Origin: a virus
Taxonomy: Duplodnaviria; Caudoviricetes
Length of the DNA: 64,000 bases
Virus record (IMG/VR): IMGVR_UViG_3300032218_003260
Reading direction: 5' to 3' (one strand)
Of this stretch, positions 1 to 9,527 are shown in pieces. Both the position numbers and the translations under genes were made by a program. Numbering within the stretch: position 1 is the stretch's first letter; every line of letters begins with the position of its first letter. The notes beneath the pieces were generated by a model. It was not told where the DNA came from and ran no database searches. It saw only the letters and a program-made list of their open reading frames with translations.

Positions 1-354
1 CTCGTCGACGTCCTTCACAGCGCGGGGCGACACGATCCGGTCAAACATGACGCGGTAGCGCGGGCCACGGATGTAGAAGTTAATCGGGAGCGTCGCAAAC
101 GGGAGCGACACAGCCGCCGGGGAGTCGGGCTCCTTGTCCACAACCTTGACGGGCTTGTCAGTGTCAACCTGACGGTCAAGCTCGTCGTTGGTGATGGTCA
201 GCGGCGGCATGATCCGCCGGTAGAACCCGTCTTCACGCATCTTGGTGCGCGTGAAGTCGTTAACCGCATCAATGGCCTGCTTCTGCATGCCGGGGGTATC
301 AAGCTGCTCAAAGAGCGTTTCGTTGAGCAGTTGGATCTCTTGCTGAGTGGGCAT
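1..354 (-). CDS. Major capsid protein, N-terminal part (runs off the window edge)
   Basis: Manual translation: MPTQQEIQLLNETLFEQLDTPGMQKQAIDAVNDFTRTKMREDGFYRRIMPP...KDVDE. It is open to position 1, has a GGAGG RBS upstream, and lies downstream of the protease/scaffold/decoration genes. Not in the ORF track because there is no stop in the window. Confidence 0.7.
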   Translation of the reverse strand, partial: MPTQQEIQLLNETLFEQLDTPGMQKQAIDAVNDFTRTKMREDGFYRRIMPPLTITNDELDRQVDTDKPVKVVDKEPDSPAAVSLPFATLPINFYIRGPRYRVMFDRIVSPRAVKDVDE

Positions 355-393
355 TTTGGGAACCTCCATGTTCCTGAATTAGTTAGGGATAGG

Positions 394-972
394 TCAGTCG
401 ATTGTGGCCGCAGTGCCCGCGGGCAGGTACACGCACCAGAAGGAAAGCGTGTCCACGCCGTTGTGGTTCTTCGACGCACCACTCGAAACAACACCGCAAA
501 CCGGGTTTACGTACTGCACGGCGTTAGCCTTCGTCAGCACACCCTCAACGGCAGCGCCGCCAGTGGTGGGAGCAGTCAGAAGGTCACCGGGGTTGTACGT
601 CACCGCGCTACCGCCGGACGTCTTCACGTACTCAGTGGTGGCGATTTCATAACCACCGGTCGCAACAAGACCAGACAGCTTGCCCGAGGGCGAAACTGCT
701 TGGTGCATGAAGTTACCGGCCGCTGTGGTACCCGGATTGCTGACGTCAGCATCCGTCGAACCGTTCAGCAAGAAGATCGCGACGCCCGTGGCGCTGAGAC
801 CCGGAACGAACACGTCCTTGCCGCCTTCTTTGGCGAGCGTTACGACGCGACCGCGCGGGACATCATACGTGACTGTGCTCAGCAGCTTGGCCGAGTAGTC
901 GAGGGACGCCATATCGAACCAGCCCTTTTTGACGTCAAGGCCGTGTTCAAACATAAGATCAGGAGCAGGCAT
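394..972 (-). CDS. Putative capsid decoration/cement protein
   Basis: 192 aa, beta-rich and small-residue-rich, GGAGG RBS, directly upstream of the capsid gene. Confidence 0.45.
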   Translation of the reverse strand: MPAPDLMFEHGLDVKKGWFDMASLDYSAKLLSTVTYDVPRGRVVTLAKEGGKDVFVPGLSATGVAIFLLNGSTDADVSNPGTTAAGNFMHQAVSPSGKLSGLVATGGYEIATTEYVKTSGGSAVTYNPGDLLTAPTTGGAAVEGVLTKANAVQYVNPVCGVVSSGASKNHNGVDTLSFWCVYLPAGTAATID

Positions 973-1026
973 TGTTAGACCTCCGTGTCTTTCTCAATTG
1001 GAAACGTGTTCCGTAAGGGGACGAAC

Positions 1027-1452
1027 TCAGGTAGTGGGCGGGTTAAGACCAAGGCCCGTAAACAATTTTACGTCGGAAGCCTTGAGGCGACCATCGCGGG
1101 CACCCACATACCCGCTCGTCAGACTGGTTTCCGGGTTATAGCTGGCGGCCTTAGTGGTCACCGGCGTACCCAGACGAGCCATTTCAGCAGCGTTTTTATG
1201 CGCAGCTAATTTGATAACAAGTTCCATCGTGCGCACCGGATCTTGAAGGGCGGTGGCAAGCGCTTCCTTCTGGTGCGACTCGATTCGCTCGTTTTCCACG
1301 CACGCCTTGACGGCTTCGGGGATCAGGTGAGCCAGCTTTTCGCTGGTTTCAACCTGTGCCTTTTCGGCGGCGGCGGCCTTAGTCATCGCGGCATCGGAGT
1401 AACCAATGTAGTCGATGATCTTCTGTACGAGCGCGTTATTTTCGGTAGACAT
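1027..1452 (-). CDS. Head-module hypothetical protein
   Basis: 141 aa helical ORF with GGAGG RBS and KAA motifs, in the head operon. Confidence 0.6.
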   Translation of the reverse strand: MSTENNALVQKIIDYIGYSDAAMTKAAAAEKAQVETSEKLAHLIPEAVKACVENERIESHQKEALATALQDPVRTMELVIKLAAHKNAAEMARLGTPVTTKAASYNPETSLTSGYVGARDGRLKASDVKLFTGLGLNPPTT

Positions 1453-1468
1453 TAAAACCTCCGTGTGA

Positions 1469-2815
1469 TCAACGATTCACAAGTTCGAGAACGTGCTGCT
1501 TCATCATGTCCCGCAACTGGCGCGAACGCTTTGTGCGAGCTTCTTTGACTTGAAACCGACCAGCACGCTTAAAGTTTACAACAGCGCGACCAATGGCGTC
1601 TAAATCTTTAGCAGCCGCCATCTTCGGCTCTTCTGTCGGCATGGCGCCGGCTTCAGGCGCAGCGGCGGCTTCCGGCGGCATACCGCCTTCGGCGCCACCT
1701 GCGTGGCCGCCGTGCGACAGCGCTTGCAGTAAAGCTTCCGGCGGAATGCCGAGTTCTTCAAGCGCCATAGCCAGCTCTTGAACAGCCTCGTCTTCCGACG
1801 GCTCACCGCCGGCGGCTTCAGGAGTCGGGCCACCCTCAGCGCCCATCATGGCTTCAAGACCAGCGGGTGCGCCGCCAGCAGCAGCGTCAGCAGCCGGGGC
1901 ATCGCTCATACCAGACGCAGCGTCTTCCGGCGCGGAATGATCCTCGCCTTCAGCCGCCTCTTCGGTCGGATCGGCGGCGGCGGCCTTGGAGTTTACAAAA
2001 CCAATGAACAGGTCGGCCATTTCGTCGGCTTCGCGGATCGTGTTAGCGCACACTTCGCGAACAGACGCTTCGGCAGCAGCCTTGTCCATACCGAGATGCG
2101 CGGCCAGCTCGTAACCAGCTTTGAACGCGGCAGCTTTGTCGCTGCGAAGCGCGGCAAGATCAGAACCTTCGATCTTGCCGTCGTTGTCGGTGTCGAGTTT
2201 GTGCTGGTCGCCCTTTAGCTCGCCGGTCGATTCGTTTTTTTCTTCAGACTTCTCTTCGGTCTTTTTCTTTAAAAAAGCCGGCATCTCAGCCGCCTTCTCA
2301 TTGTTCAGCTTGCGAGTGCCAAAGTTGATGAGATTGGCAAGAATGTCGTTACCGAGAGCGCCGGCACGATCGCGGGCTTCCTTGAACGTAACCGAGCTGT
2401 ACTTCTCGCCGTCGTTGGCCTTAACCGGCGACGACGTGCCCGGGTCATCTTTATCGCCCTTGAAATCTTTTTCGTTGGAGGGATCTTCGCCAGTGGCCTT
2501 GGCCGAGACGCCGATGTTCGTTTGAACTTCGTCTTGGCGGCCTTCTTGCGACATCTCCGGTGTGTTGTCTACAGCAAGCGCGCCCTGCTGCTTCTTGACG
2601 TCGGCCTCATACTCGCTAGCGCGCGCACCGGTGCTAGCGTTCTGCACGCCGTTGTCAGCACTGGTCGTCGGATGCGAGGAGGCGCCCTGATATCCACCCG
2701 GATCAGCGGGCACGGGACCGGCAGACTTCTCAGCCGCAGTCTTAACAGGACTCTGCGCAATCTCGGCGGCGAGAGCATTAAGTTGATCAAACAGTGAACG
2801 TTGCATCCGTGCCAT
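1469..2815 (-). CDS. Scaffold-like acidic Ala/Glu-rich head protein
   Basis: 448 aa, low complexity, many K-x-A motifs (KTA, KSA, KAA), between the protease and capsid genes. Confidence 0.5.
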   Translation of the reverse strand: MARMQRSLFDQLNALAAEIAQSPVKTAAEKSAGPVPADPGGYQGASSHPTTSADNGVQNASTGARASEYEADVKKQQGALAVDNTPEMSQEGRQDEVQTNIGVSAKATGEDPSNEKDFKGDKDDPGTSSPVKANDGEKYSSVTFKEARDRAGALGNDILANLINFGTRKLNNEKAAEMPAFLKKKTEEKSEEKNESTGELKGDQHKLDTDNDGKIEGSDLAALRSDKAAAFKAGYELAAHLGMDKAAAEASVREVCANTIREADEMADLFIGFVNSKAAAADPTEEAAEGEDHSAPEDAASGMSDAPAADAAAGGAPAGLEAMMGAEGGPTPEAAGGEPSEDEAVQELAMALEELGIPPEALLQALSHGGHAGGAEGGMPPEAAAAPEAGAMPTEEPKMAAAKDLDAIGRAVVNFKRAGRFQVKEARTKRSRQLRDMMKQHVLELVNR

Positions 2816-2858
2816 GACTTTCTCCTTTGGGGTCTAACCGTTTCCGATTAGCTTCCGT

Positions 2859-4316
2859 TCATGTGACATAATTTTGCAATACACAGTGGTTTGCTGTCAA
2901 CCAATTGTTTCCGTATTTCTCGCAGATGGCGGCGTAAGCAGCGATCTTATACAACGCGTAATGTTGCGCAAGAGCTGTTTCTGCTTTTCCACTCGCTTGC
3001 TTGTCGGACGGAAACTCAACTGCCCGGGCGTTACGAAGCGCGGCTAAATAAGCACGTTTCTCAACGCTGACGGGTAATACGCTATGTGTGTGTGCTACCT
3101 TTTCAGCCCATACGCGCACGTTTTGCGGCGCCGCATCAGCTGGAAAGTATACATTGTTTTCAAGTAGCGTGACGACATCTGCGTCGCTAGCTAGTTTTGA
3201 AAACACGTTAGGCAGCGCATACGCAACTGCACTAACAAGTGTGGCGTTAGCTGACTTAACTGTCAACGCTAAAAAATCTCGCAGGGGCAAGATTACGCCA
3301 GCGTCGACCAGTCCGCGTAACACCTCCGCCATTTTAACAGATGGCGCGCTATTTGTATCAATAGCCGGTTGTACCGCGTCAGAACTTGCAAGCGCAGTCT
3401 GGGCCCAGTTACCGCCAGCGCCTGCATCCTTTTCCGCCTGCGCTAGCTGGGTTAACGCTTCTAACTGCAACTGAACGCGGGCGGCAGGGGTACGTCCGAG
3501 GTCAAACCCGAGCGGCGCAGTAATACCTAGCTGCTCGGCAAGTTCGGCACCGGAAACGCAACTATTTGAGGCGGCTTTTTGCAGCTGGCCGGATACGTAA
3601 GCAATACGGTCGGCCGGGCGAAACACGTGGCTGATATCAAAAAACGTCGGGTTTGGATTATCGGCGTGCAGGACGTGACCGTCTTCAAGAACCCGACCCA
3701 TATTGTGCTTTAACCCGCCCGCCTTGCAGTGCCCGCCGTTCTCAACCGAGTCGCAATATTCAGCTCTAGTCTTGGCCGAGTTGCCGCAGGACGAGCACTT
3801 GTCGAACGGGATCTTGCAGGCCATCGACACAGCTATTTCTTTGTCGTTGGCCAGCTTTTCCAGCTCTTTGTCAGCAATCAAGCCGCCGTTTCGATCTGCC
3901 GCCTCTTTCGAACCGTTTAAAGCCACGACCAGCTCGATACGTTTCATGGGCTCGTGGTAGGCGCTGGCCTTTACGACGCCGAAACTTTTAGCGGGGTTCT
4001 TGTTGGCGTGGTCGCGGTAGAAGCGGGCAAACTTTTCAAACGTCTGGTGGTAGTTACGGCAGCAGTCGCGGGTAAAGCCGTCGCCGTTGCGGTTTGGGCC
4101 GTAGTCTTCCGTAGCGCCAATCGCAATCATGTGGACAGGCACTTCGTCTTTGGCAAACTTGATGTTTTCAAGCTTGTGCGCAAACTCAGCGCCAGCGCGT
4201 TTGATGAGGTCCTGCTTATCCGCGCCGATAATACCCCGGCTAGATACTTTAATTAGCGCGGCGACGGGCTCGCTAAAGTCTTGAGCGTGCGGCTGAATAA
4301 CCTTGATCATGCTCAT
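2859..4316 (-). CDS. Prohead (maturation) protease
   Basis: 485 aa with N-x-NGDGF, FYRDH and VSMAC (candidate nucleophile Ser), followed by a CSSC...C...HC cluster. Upstream of the scaffold and capsid genes. Confidence 0.65.
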   Translation of the reverse strand: MSMIKVIQPHAQDFSEPVAALIKVSSRGIIGADKQDLIKRAGAEFAHKLENIKFAKDEVPVHMIAIGATEDYGPNRNGDGFTRDCCRNYHQTFEKFARFYRDHANKNPAKSFGVVKASAYHEPMKRIELVVALNGSKEAADRNGGLIADKELEKLANDKEIAVSMACKIPFDKCSSCGNSAKTRAEYCDSVENGGHCKAGGLKHNMGRVLEDGHVLHADNPNPTFFDISHVFRPADRIAYVSGQLQKAASNSCVSGAELAEQLGITAPLGFDLGRTPAARVQLQLEALTQLAQAEKDAGAGGNWAQTALASSDAVQPAIDTNSAPSVKMAEVLRGLVDAGVILPLRDFLALTVKSANATLVSAVAYALPNVFSKLASDADVVTLLENNVYFPADAAPQNVRVWAEKVAHTHSVLPVSVEKRAYLAALRNARAVEFPSDKQASGKAETALAQHYALYKIAAYAAICEKYGNNWLTANHCVLQNYVT

Positions 4317-4318
4317 GT

Positions 4319-5302
4319 TTACTCTCCCGCGGACGAGCCGCCCAAGCTGTTAAGAAGCGCCGGGACACCAAGCGCACCGAGAACCGGCAGACCGATACCA
4401 GCCATCCGACCACCAACACGCGGCATCTTGCGAAATGCCTGCTGTAATTGCGCTGCGGTAAGCTTTTTACCGGCGCCGCCGACGCCAGATTTACCTTCAG
4501 CCGCGATGGCCGCCAACACGTTGGCGACGTCGTCAGAGTTACGGCCCAGCGTGCCGCCGAGGAAGTTACCGCGCGCCGTTCGTGTGGCTGTGTTGACGCG
4601 GCCGGCCACCGACGCCGGCGTTGTCATGCCGGCTGTTTCCAGCGGCAGACTGACGTCGCGCGGTACGTGCTTAGCGCCGCGCAGACGACGGATGCTGTTC
4701 AAAATTGTTTTTGTAAGCGACGGGTCGTGTGTCGCCTCCGGTAGTTTACCGATGTGTTTAGTTAGATTGTTTGTAACTCGCGTTGGCCCGCTGTTTGCGC
4801 GCAATTGCTCGATAGTAGGTTTCAGCTGTTTGGCAGTAGCGTCGCCAGAATCAAGGAAGCGGTCGAGCTTGCCGTACGCATCAAGCGAATTTGCGGCTTG
4901 GTGTCCGCCGTAAGCGCCAGCGCCCACGCCAGCAATGTTTAACAGCGCGCCAGCAGACGAGCCGTCCTGATTCTTAGCTGCGGCAATAGCCGGCGGTGGT
5001 TCAGCGCCAGTTAACAGCATGTTTTTTGCCGCTGTCGCGCCGAGCCCGCCGATGCCGCCCATTAGCGCATAGTCGAGTATAGCGCGCCGTTTTTTCTTGC
5101 CCTGTAGCGCGCCGATGACGCCGCCAGCGCCGGCGCCGATCGCAGCGTTCTGTAGATACGGGTTACTGAGAATCTGCGACAGGTCCGGTTGGTTACCAAG
5201 CAACGACGCGACACTGGCTACCTTTTCCACAGCGGGATCTGGCGTGCGTGTGGCAATCGCGGAAAGACCGCGCGCGAGTTCGTGAATTTCTGTTGTTTGC
5301 AT
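4319..5302 (-). CDS. Gly/Ala-rich putative virion protein with glycine-zipper hydrophobic segments
   Basis: 327 aa; EKVA motif, AAIGAGAGGVIGAL and C-terminal hydrophobic GxxxG segments. Confidence 0.6.
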   Translation of the reverse strand: MQTTEIHELARGLSAIATRTPDPAVEKVASVASLLGNQPDLSQILSNPYLQNAAIGAGAGGVIGALQGKKKRRAILDYALMGGIGGLGATAAKNMLLTGAEPPPAIAAAKNQDGSSAGALLNIAGVGAGAYGGHQAANSLDAYGKLDRFLDSGDATAKQLKPTIEQLRANSGPTRVTNNLTKHIGKLPEATHDPSLTKTILNSIRRLRGAKHVPRDVSLPLETAGMTTPASVAGRVNTATRTARGNFLGGTLGRNSDDVANVLAAIAAEGKSGVGGAGKKLTAAQLQQAFRKMPRVGGRMAGIGLPVLGALGVPALLNSLGGSSAGE

Positions 5303-5304
5303 AC

Positions 5305-6684
5305 TTACACCAGCCCGCGCGCGTGTATTTGAGATTCAAGATTGTTTTTCAACGCTTCGGCGCGGATCTTCTCCATCTCAACCAGCTGTTTGACGTCAAA
5401 GTCCGCTAACTGACCGGCTTCGAGGCGCTTGCGCAGTAAAGCCTGCATCGCCGCGCCGGAACCCGTAAAGTTTGGCGCGATCTCGGCGATCTGGTTATAG
5501 GCCGAAGCAATTTCATGCGGGTCGTAACCCGAGATGACCGGGTCGTTTAGGATAAGATCGTTTAATACGCCGCGTGATTTAATTTGCTGCAGTTTGTTTT
5601 CATGCTCTGCGTCGGACATGCTCATAAACGCCTTTTGTTTTTGCAGCGCAGGATCGGTCGTTTTCGCTTCGTTTGCTTCCAGTTGGCCCGCAATGCCGCC
5701 CGGACTCATAAGCTTACCGAGATGACCCATCGTTCCGCTGTACGACGTCAGAGGCGGTGTTGTGTCTTGTTTTTTTTTATCTTTAACCGCCGACACCTTA
5801 AGGGCGAGCGGGGCGGTTTTCGGGTCGTGAAGAATGGATCCGGTAACCGGGGTTGGAGCCGCTTTTGGCTCAGCGGCGGGGGGATTTAACGCCGCTAATT
5901 TGCTCGCCGCGTCATTCCGCAGTTCAACCGCTTTGATTACGTTTTCAACCAGCGTCACGACGGGCAGCGCGCCAAAAAAGTTTTCGCTGGTGGCGGCTTG
6001 CTTTGTAAGGTGCGGGTAGACCGCAGCAATCTTGTTTAACGTAGAAACACCGAGATTGCCGAGACGCAGGCCGACTTCACGAACAGCGTCGGGAAACGAC
6101 ATATTGCCGGGCACGCGGAAATACTGCGCCAGCTCTTCCATCGCCGACGCCGCCTTGTGGTGCATTACAGTGGCAAGGCGGCGAATCTCTTCGGCTTCGC
6201 GCTTTGCGGCTTGCTTCTCGCTATAAGCGCGGCGGGCTGCGGAGTGATCATCACGCGGGGCTGGAACGTACTGGGGCGTCGGAAGCACGCTCTTCGCTGC
6301 GGCAGTTTTATTCAAGCTGGCATTGCGCCGATTAATAAACCCTGTTGGCGATACGGCATACTCGGTTGAGATGATGCTTTTGTTTGTTAACTCGGCTGAT
6401 GTTTTAACGTGCTTAGGATACAGCGCGTCCATAACAACGTTTACATTGGCAAGCTGGAAGTCGGCGGCCTTCTCTAGCGTCGTCTCGCCAAGTTCGCGCT
6501 GTTTATTGGTACGACCGGTGTTGTACGCATGCACCATGAGGTTAATATGCCCGGCTGGAATGCCAGCGTCGCTCGCGCTTTTAATAATTGCGTTGTTCGG
6601 GGTAGCGCCTTCGTTGACCAACGTGGCCGCACGCTCAATTGCGCTCAGCAATTTTTGCTCAGCTTCTTTACTTAATGCCCGCAT
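5305..6684 (-). CDS. Putative virion structural protein
   Basis: 459 aa long ORF with KTAA and KQAA motifs, tightly packed in the operon. Confidence 0.6.
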   Translation of the reverse strand: MRALSKEAEQKLLSAIERAATLVNEGATPNNAIIKSASDAGIPAGHINLMVHAYNTGRTNKQRELGETTLEKAADFQLANVNVVMDALYPKHVKTSAELTNKSIISTEYAVSPTGFINRRNASLNKTAAAKSVLPTPQYVPAPRDDHSAARRAYSEKQAAKREAEEIRRLATVMHHKAASAMEELAQYFRVPGNMSFPDAVREVGLRLGNLGVSTLNKIAAVYPHLTKQAATSENFFGALPVVTLVENVIKAVELRNDAASKLAALNPPAAEPKAAPTPVTGSILHDPKTAPLALKVSAVKDKKKQDTTPPLTSYSGTMGHLGKLMSPGGIAGQLEANEAKTTDPALQKQKAFMSMSDAEHENKLQQIKSRGVLNDLILNDPVISGYDPHEIASAYNQIAEIAPNFTGSGAAMQALLRKRLEAGQLADFDVKQLVEMEKIRAEALKNNLESQIHARGLV

Positions 6685-7615
6685 CGGTTTTCTCCGGGTA
6701 GTGCAGTTCTTGAATCAGACCTTGATTCTGTAAAGAACCGCCAGCCGCAATAATCATCATTTCGTCGTTACGTAACTCTGCAGCGCCGTCATCAAAGGGT
6801 AACATTTTTATAGCTGTGGAATCCAGTTTAGTCCCCACTTTGAACGGCAGCGTAGCCAACATTGCGCCAATATTTTCGACAATTGTGGCCTGCGATTTCG
6901 TGGCGTTATCGCTGTTTTTCTCAATCTCTACATATTTTACAAAAGAATCGATCAGCGGTAACTGGGTATGGCTATTCACCGGCACAGTTAGGCTGGCAAT
7001 AGCCGCCTTGTACTTCATCGAATGGATTGCAAAATCTTGGAAAAACGCCGATACGCCGCCCGCAGAATCCGGCTTGGGAATCTCTAGGCAACGATTAATT
7101 GCGGCGTCCAACACATACTGCCCGCCGCGAAAACCAAGTAGTTTCCACAGCAGGTCATAGTGCCGCTCTTGAAGCCCGCGCGTCACAGCGTCGGCCATAA
7201 CAACATTAACAACATAATCCGTGTTGACGAGCTTATCGCGAACGTCAAAAAACGTACTGGCGTAAGCTTCAATTGTCTCGACTTCTGTGCCTAGTTTGTT
7301 GGCGATTTCTTGATCAGACTCACCGGCCAGAATGCGGGCTTCAATTGCCCAGCGCGTCGGTTGCTTATCGGCAGCCCAGAGCGAATGCGCCCAGAACATT
7401 GCGCCGTCGCGTAACATGGCGCCGTACGTCGCAGTTGGGTCGTTATTCGCCTGCTCGAAATGCCGTTTTAATCGAAGGGCGCGGCGAATCCACACAAAAC
7501 CGTCGGCGCCGTCTAGCGCGCGAGATGCTTTACGCCCGCCGCTATCAATCTGAACAGCGCGCAACCAACGCCAATTGGGCGGGCGCAGCGGGTTGGTGCG
7601 GAACGCGTTAAGCAT
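6668..7615 (-). CDS. Hypothetical protein with a probable helix-turn-helix
   Basis: 315 aa; RILAGESDQEIANKLGTEVETIEAY fits an HTH pattern. Confidence 0.55.
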   Translation of the reverse strand: MLNAFRTNPLRPPNWRWLRAVQIDSGGRKASRALDGADGFVWIRRALRLKRHFEQANNDPTATYGAMLRDGAMFWAHSLWAADKQPTRWAIEARILAGESDQEIANKLGTEVETIEAYASTFFDVRDKLVNTDYVVNVVMADAVTRGLQERHYDLLWKLLGFRGGQYVLDAAINRCLEIPKPDSAGGVSAFFQDFAIHSMKYKAAIASLTVPVNSHTQLPLIDSFVKYVEIEKNSDNATKSQATIVENIGAMLATLPFKVGTKLDSTAIKMLPFDDGAAELRNDEMMIIAAGGSLQNQGLIQELHYPEKTDAGIK

Positions 7616-8759
7616 TGTTTAGTCCGTCTAATCCGATGTTGCTCGTATCTTCCGCTAAAACTTTGTATGTATTTTCTTGCAGAAGAAACGGCATTGACGC
7701 ATTTTGATCAACAAACCCGAAACAAAGCGTGCAGTAATACTCGGGAACCGTGTAGTGGAACGTCACACTACTCATTGTCCCGTCGATGCGAATGATGTTG
7801 AAACCCTCTGCCCCAGTAAATTGCGTGTATTGCGTGGGGCTTACTTGATTTAGATATGTTGTTTGCGACCACGACTCGCTCGTTAATGCCCAGATAGGCG
7901 TAAACGGTTTTGGCGCGCCGTTTTCATCAAATACAAGCACTGGCACAGTAGTACCGGGACTACCGACACTGGCAAATGCAACTAGGGCGTCTTTGATAGG
8001 TTGACTAAACACCGCTGTAAATACACCGGCCTGCGTGTTTGCAATTTGTTTGCCGCTTGGCGGTACGCCGTATTCTGGCGGGAAAATCTGCGGTTGGTAC
8101 ATGCCGCTGTGCTCAAACATTCCACCGCCGCTCTGGTTAATTGCGACTGTGATGTTGTTCTGCCCGATTCCAGACGCTGTGGTGGAATCTATGCTAAGCA
8201 TTCTCATCCACTTGAAACCAGAATCGCCAGTACACGAAGCGTCATCGCAAGTCGCTAACGGGTTGTAATTGTCGGCGGCTGGGTTCGTGCAGCCATAAAC
8301 GCACGGAATACATGACCCGTCGTCGCACGTTGCGTTAGGGTTGTAGTTAGTGGCCGTGTTATCCATGCAGCCATTAACACACTGCGGGCAAACCTGCTCG
8401 GCCGCAAACGGAGCCGGCCAATTTACCAACCACGGCCGGGCCGCATAACTGTACGCCCGCGCAAGTTCTCCGTATGTATCATTTGTGTAAAGCCATACGC
8501 CCGTCTCATAGCGAACAACTTCATCACCGTATTTATAAGTTTCTCGCCCCCACGGCGCGTATCCAATAGGAGAAAGAGTGCGCTCGCCCGCGACCCAGCC
8601 CGTCATTTTGACCGGAGCAGTTGCCTCAGAACAACACGAGTCGCCGCGGCAAAACACCAAAGTATCGCCTACAAACACACGTTCAACGTCGTCATCGCCT
8701 ATTTTGATAGACGTGATATTAGCGCTGCCTATGTATGTATCGCTGTCTACTCTTGGCAT
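7608..8759 (-). CDS. Tail-fibre/adhesin-like protein with Cys-rich GCxDxxAxNYNPxAxxDDxSC repeats
   Basis: 383 aa; N-terminal IKIGDDDVERVFVGDTLVF fibre-type motif and two Cys-rich repeats. Confidence 0.5.
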   Translation of the reverse strand: MPRVDSDTYIGSANITSIKIGDDDVERVFVGDTLVFCRGDSCCSEATAPVKMTGWVAGERTLSPIGYAPWGRETYKYGDEVVRYETGVWLYTNDTYGELARAYSYAARPWLVNWPAPFAAEQVCPQCVNGCMDNTATNYNPNATCDDGSCIPCVYGCTNPAADNYNPLATCDDASCTGDSGFKWMRMLSIDSTTASGIGQNNITVAINQSGGGMFEHSGMYQPQIFPPEYGVPPSGKQIANTQAGVFTAVFSQPIKDALVAFASVGSPGTTVPVLVFDENGAPKPFTPIWALTSESWSQTTYLNQVSPTQYTQFTGAEGFNIIRIDGTMSSVTFHYTVPEYYCTLCFGFVDQNASMPFLLQENTYKVLAEDTSNIGLDGLNNA

Positions 8760-8764
8760 AGCGA

Positions 8765-9082
8765 TTACCCGGAAACAATGTAGTACACAGTTGCCGGGTC
8801 TTTAGTCTGCAGCGCGTTATAATCGGTTTGCGTAATTTTGACGATGTTTGTAATTACCGTTGCGCCCTGAATTTCGGCGACGTCGCTCTCTACGTAGTTG
8901 TTATCCGCGCCGCCAATCTGCACAGCCGTTGTGTCTTCAAGCCCGGCATACAGTTTGTTTGCGTTTTCGTCGTACAGTATCTCGCCGGGCTGCACGTTGA
9001 TCGGCGTCGGGTCTAACTCGCTAACAACGTCTCGGCGTCGATGCGGGAAATGCAGCGCGCGAAATACACGTGTGTCAGGCAT
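8765..9082 (-). CDS. Small tail-fibre-associated protein
   Basis: 105 aa; PGEILYDENANKLYAG and C-terminal ITQTDYNALQTKDPATVYYI, patterns typical of phage fibre proteins. Confidence 0.5.
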   Translation of the reverse strand: MPDTRVFRALHFPHRRRDVVSELDPTPINVQPGEILYDENANKLYAGLEDTTAVQIGGADNNYVESDVAEIQGATVITNIVKITQTDYNALQTKDPATVYYIVSG

Positions 9083-9097
9083 AGTAGCACTCCTTAC

Positions 9098-9517
9098 TTA
9101 GCGCAGCATTGGGGTTTCAACGGTAACGGTCAGCACGAAATTCTTAGCGCCGGAACCGTTCGGTTTGATCCAAAGATATAAGAACCGCTGCGGATTTGAC
9201 GGAGAACCGTCGCGGTTCAGATACGCCACGTTAATGTTGCTGTTTTCAGCAATCGCCACGACATCAGGGTCAGACACGACATCGGCAAAATCGGCAAGGC
9301 TGAGAACATGAAACGCCTCGGCCGGCAGCGATGCGTTCGGTTCCGTCTCCTGATTACTTGAATACAGGTCGGCCTCAAACTTGTTGTTGCCGCCACTTGT
9401 TTGCACAAGCGCATAACCGCGCAGGATACCGCGATGCGGCATCTTCACCGGTACGATTGTTTCACTGCCGCTGGTAGCTGTGAATGTAGTTGTGCCCGAC
9501 CAAATCGTGCTAGCCAT
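9098..9517 (-). CDS. Beta-rich hypothetical virion protein
   Basis: 139 aa ORF with RBS, in the operon. Confidence 0.55.
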   Translation of the reverse strand: MASTIWSGTTTFTATSGSETIVPVKMPHRGILRGYALVQTSGGNNKFEADLYSSNQETEPNASLPAEAFHVLSLADFADVVSDPDVVAIAENSNINVAYLNRDGSPSNPQRFLYLWIKPNGSGAKNFVLTVTVETPMLR

Positions 9518-9527
9518 GTTTCACCTA

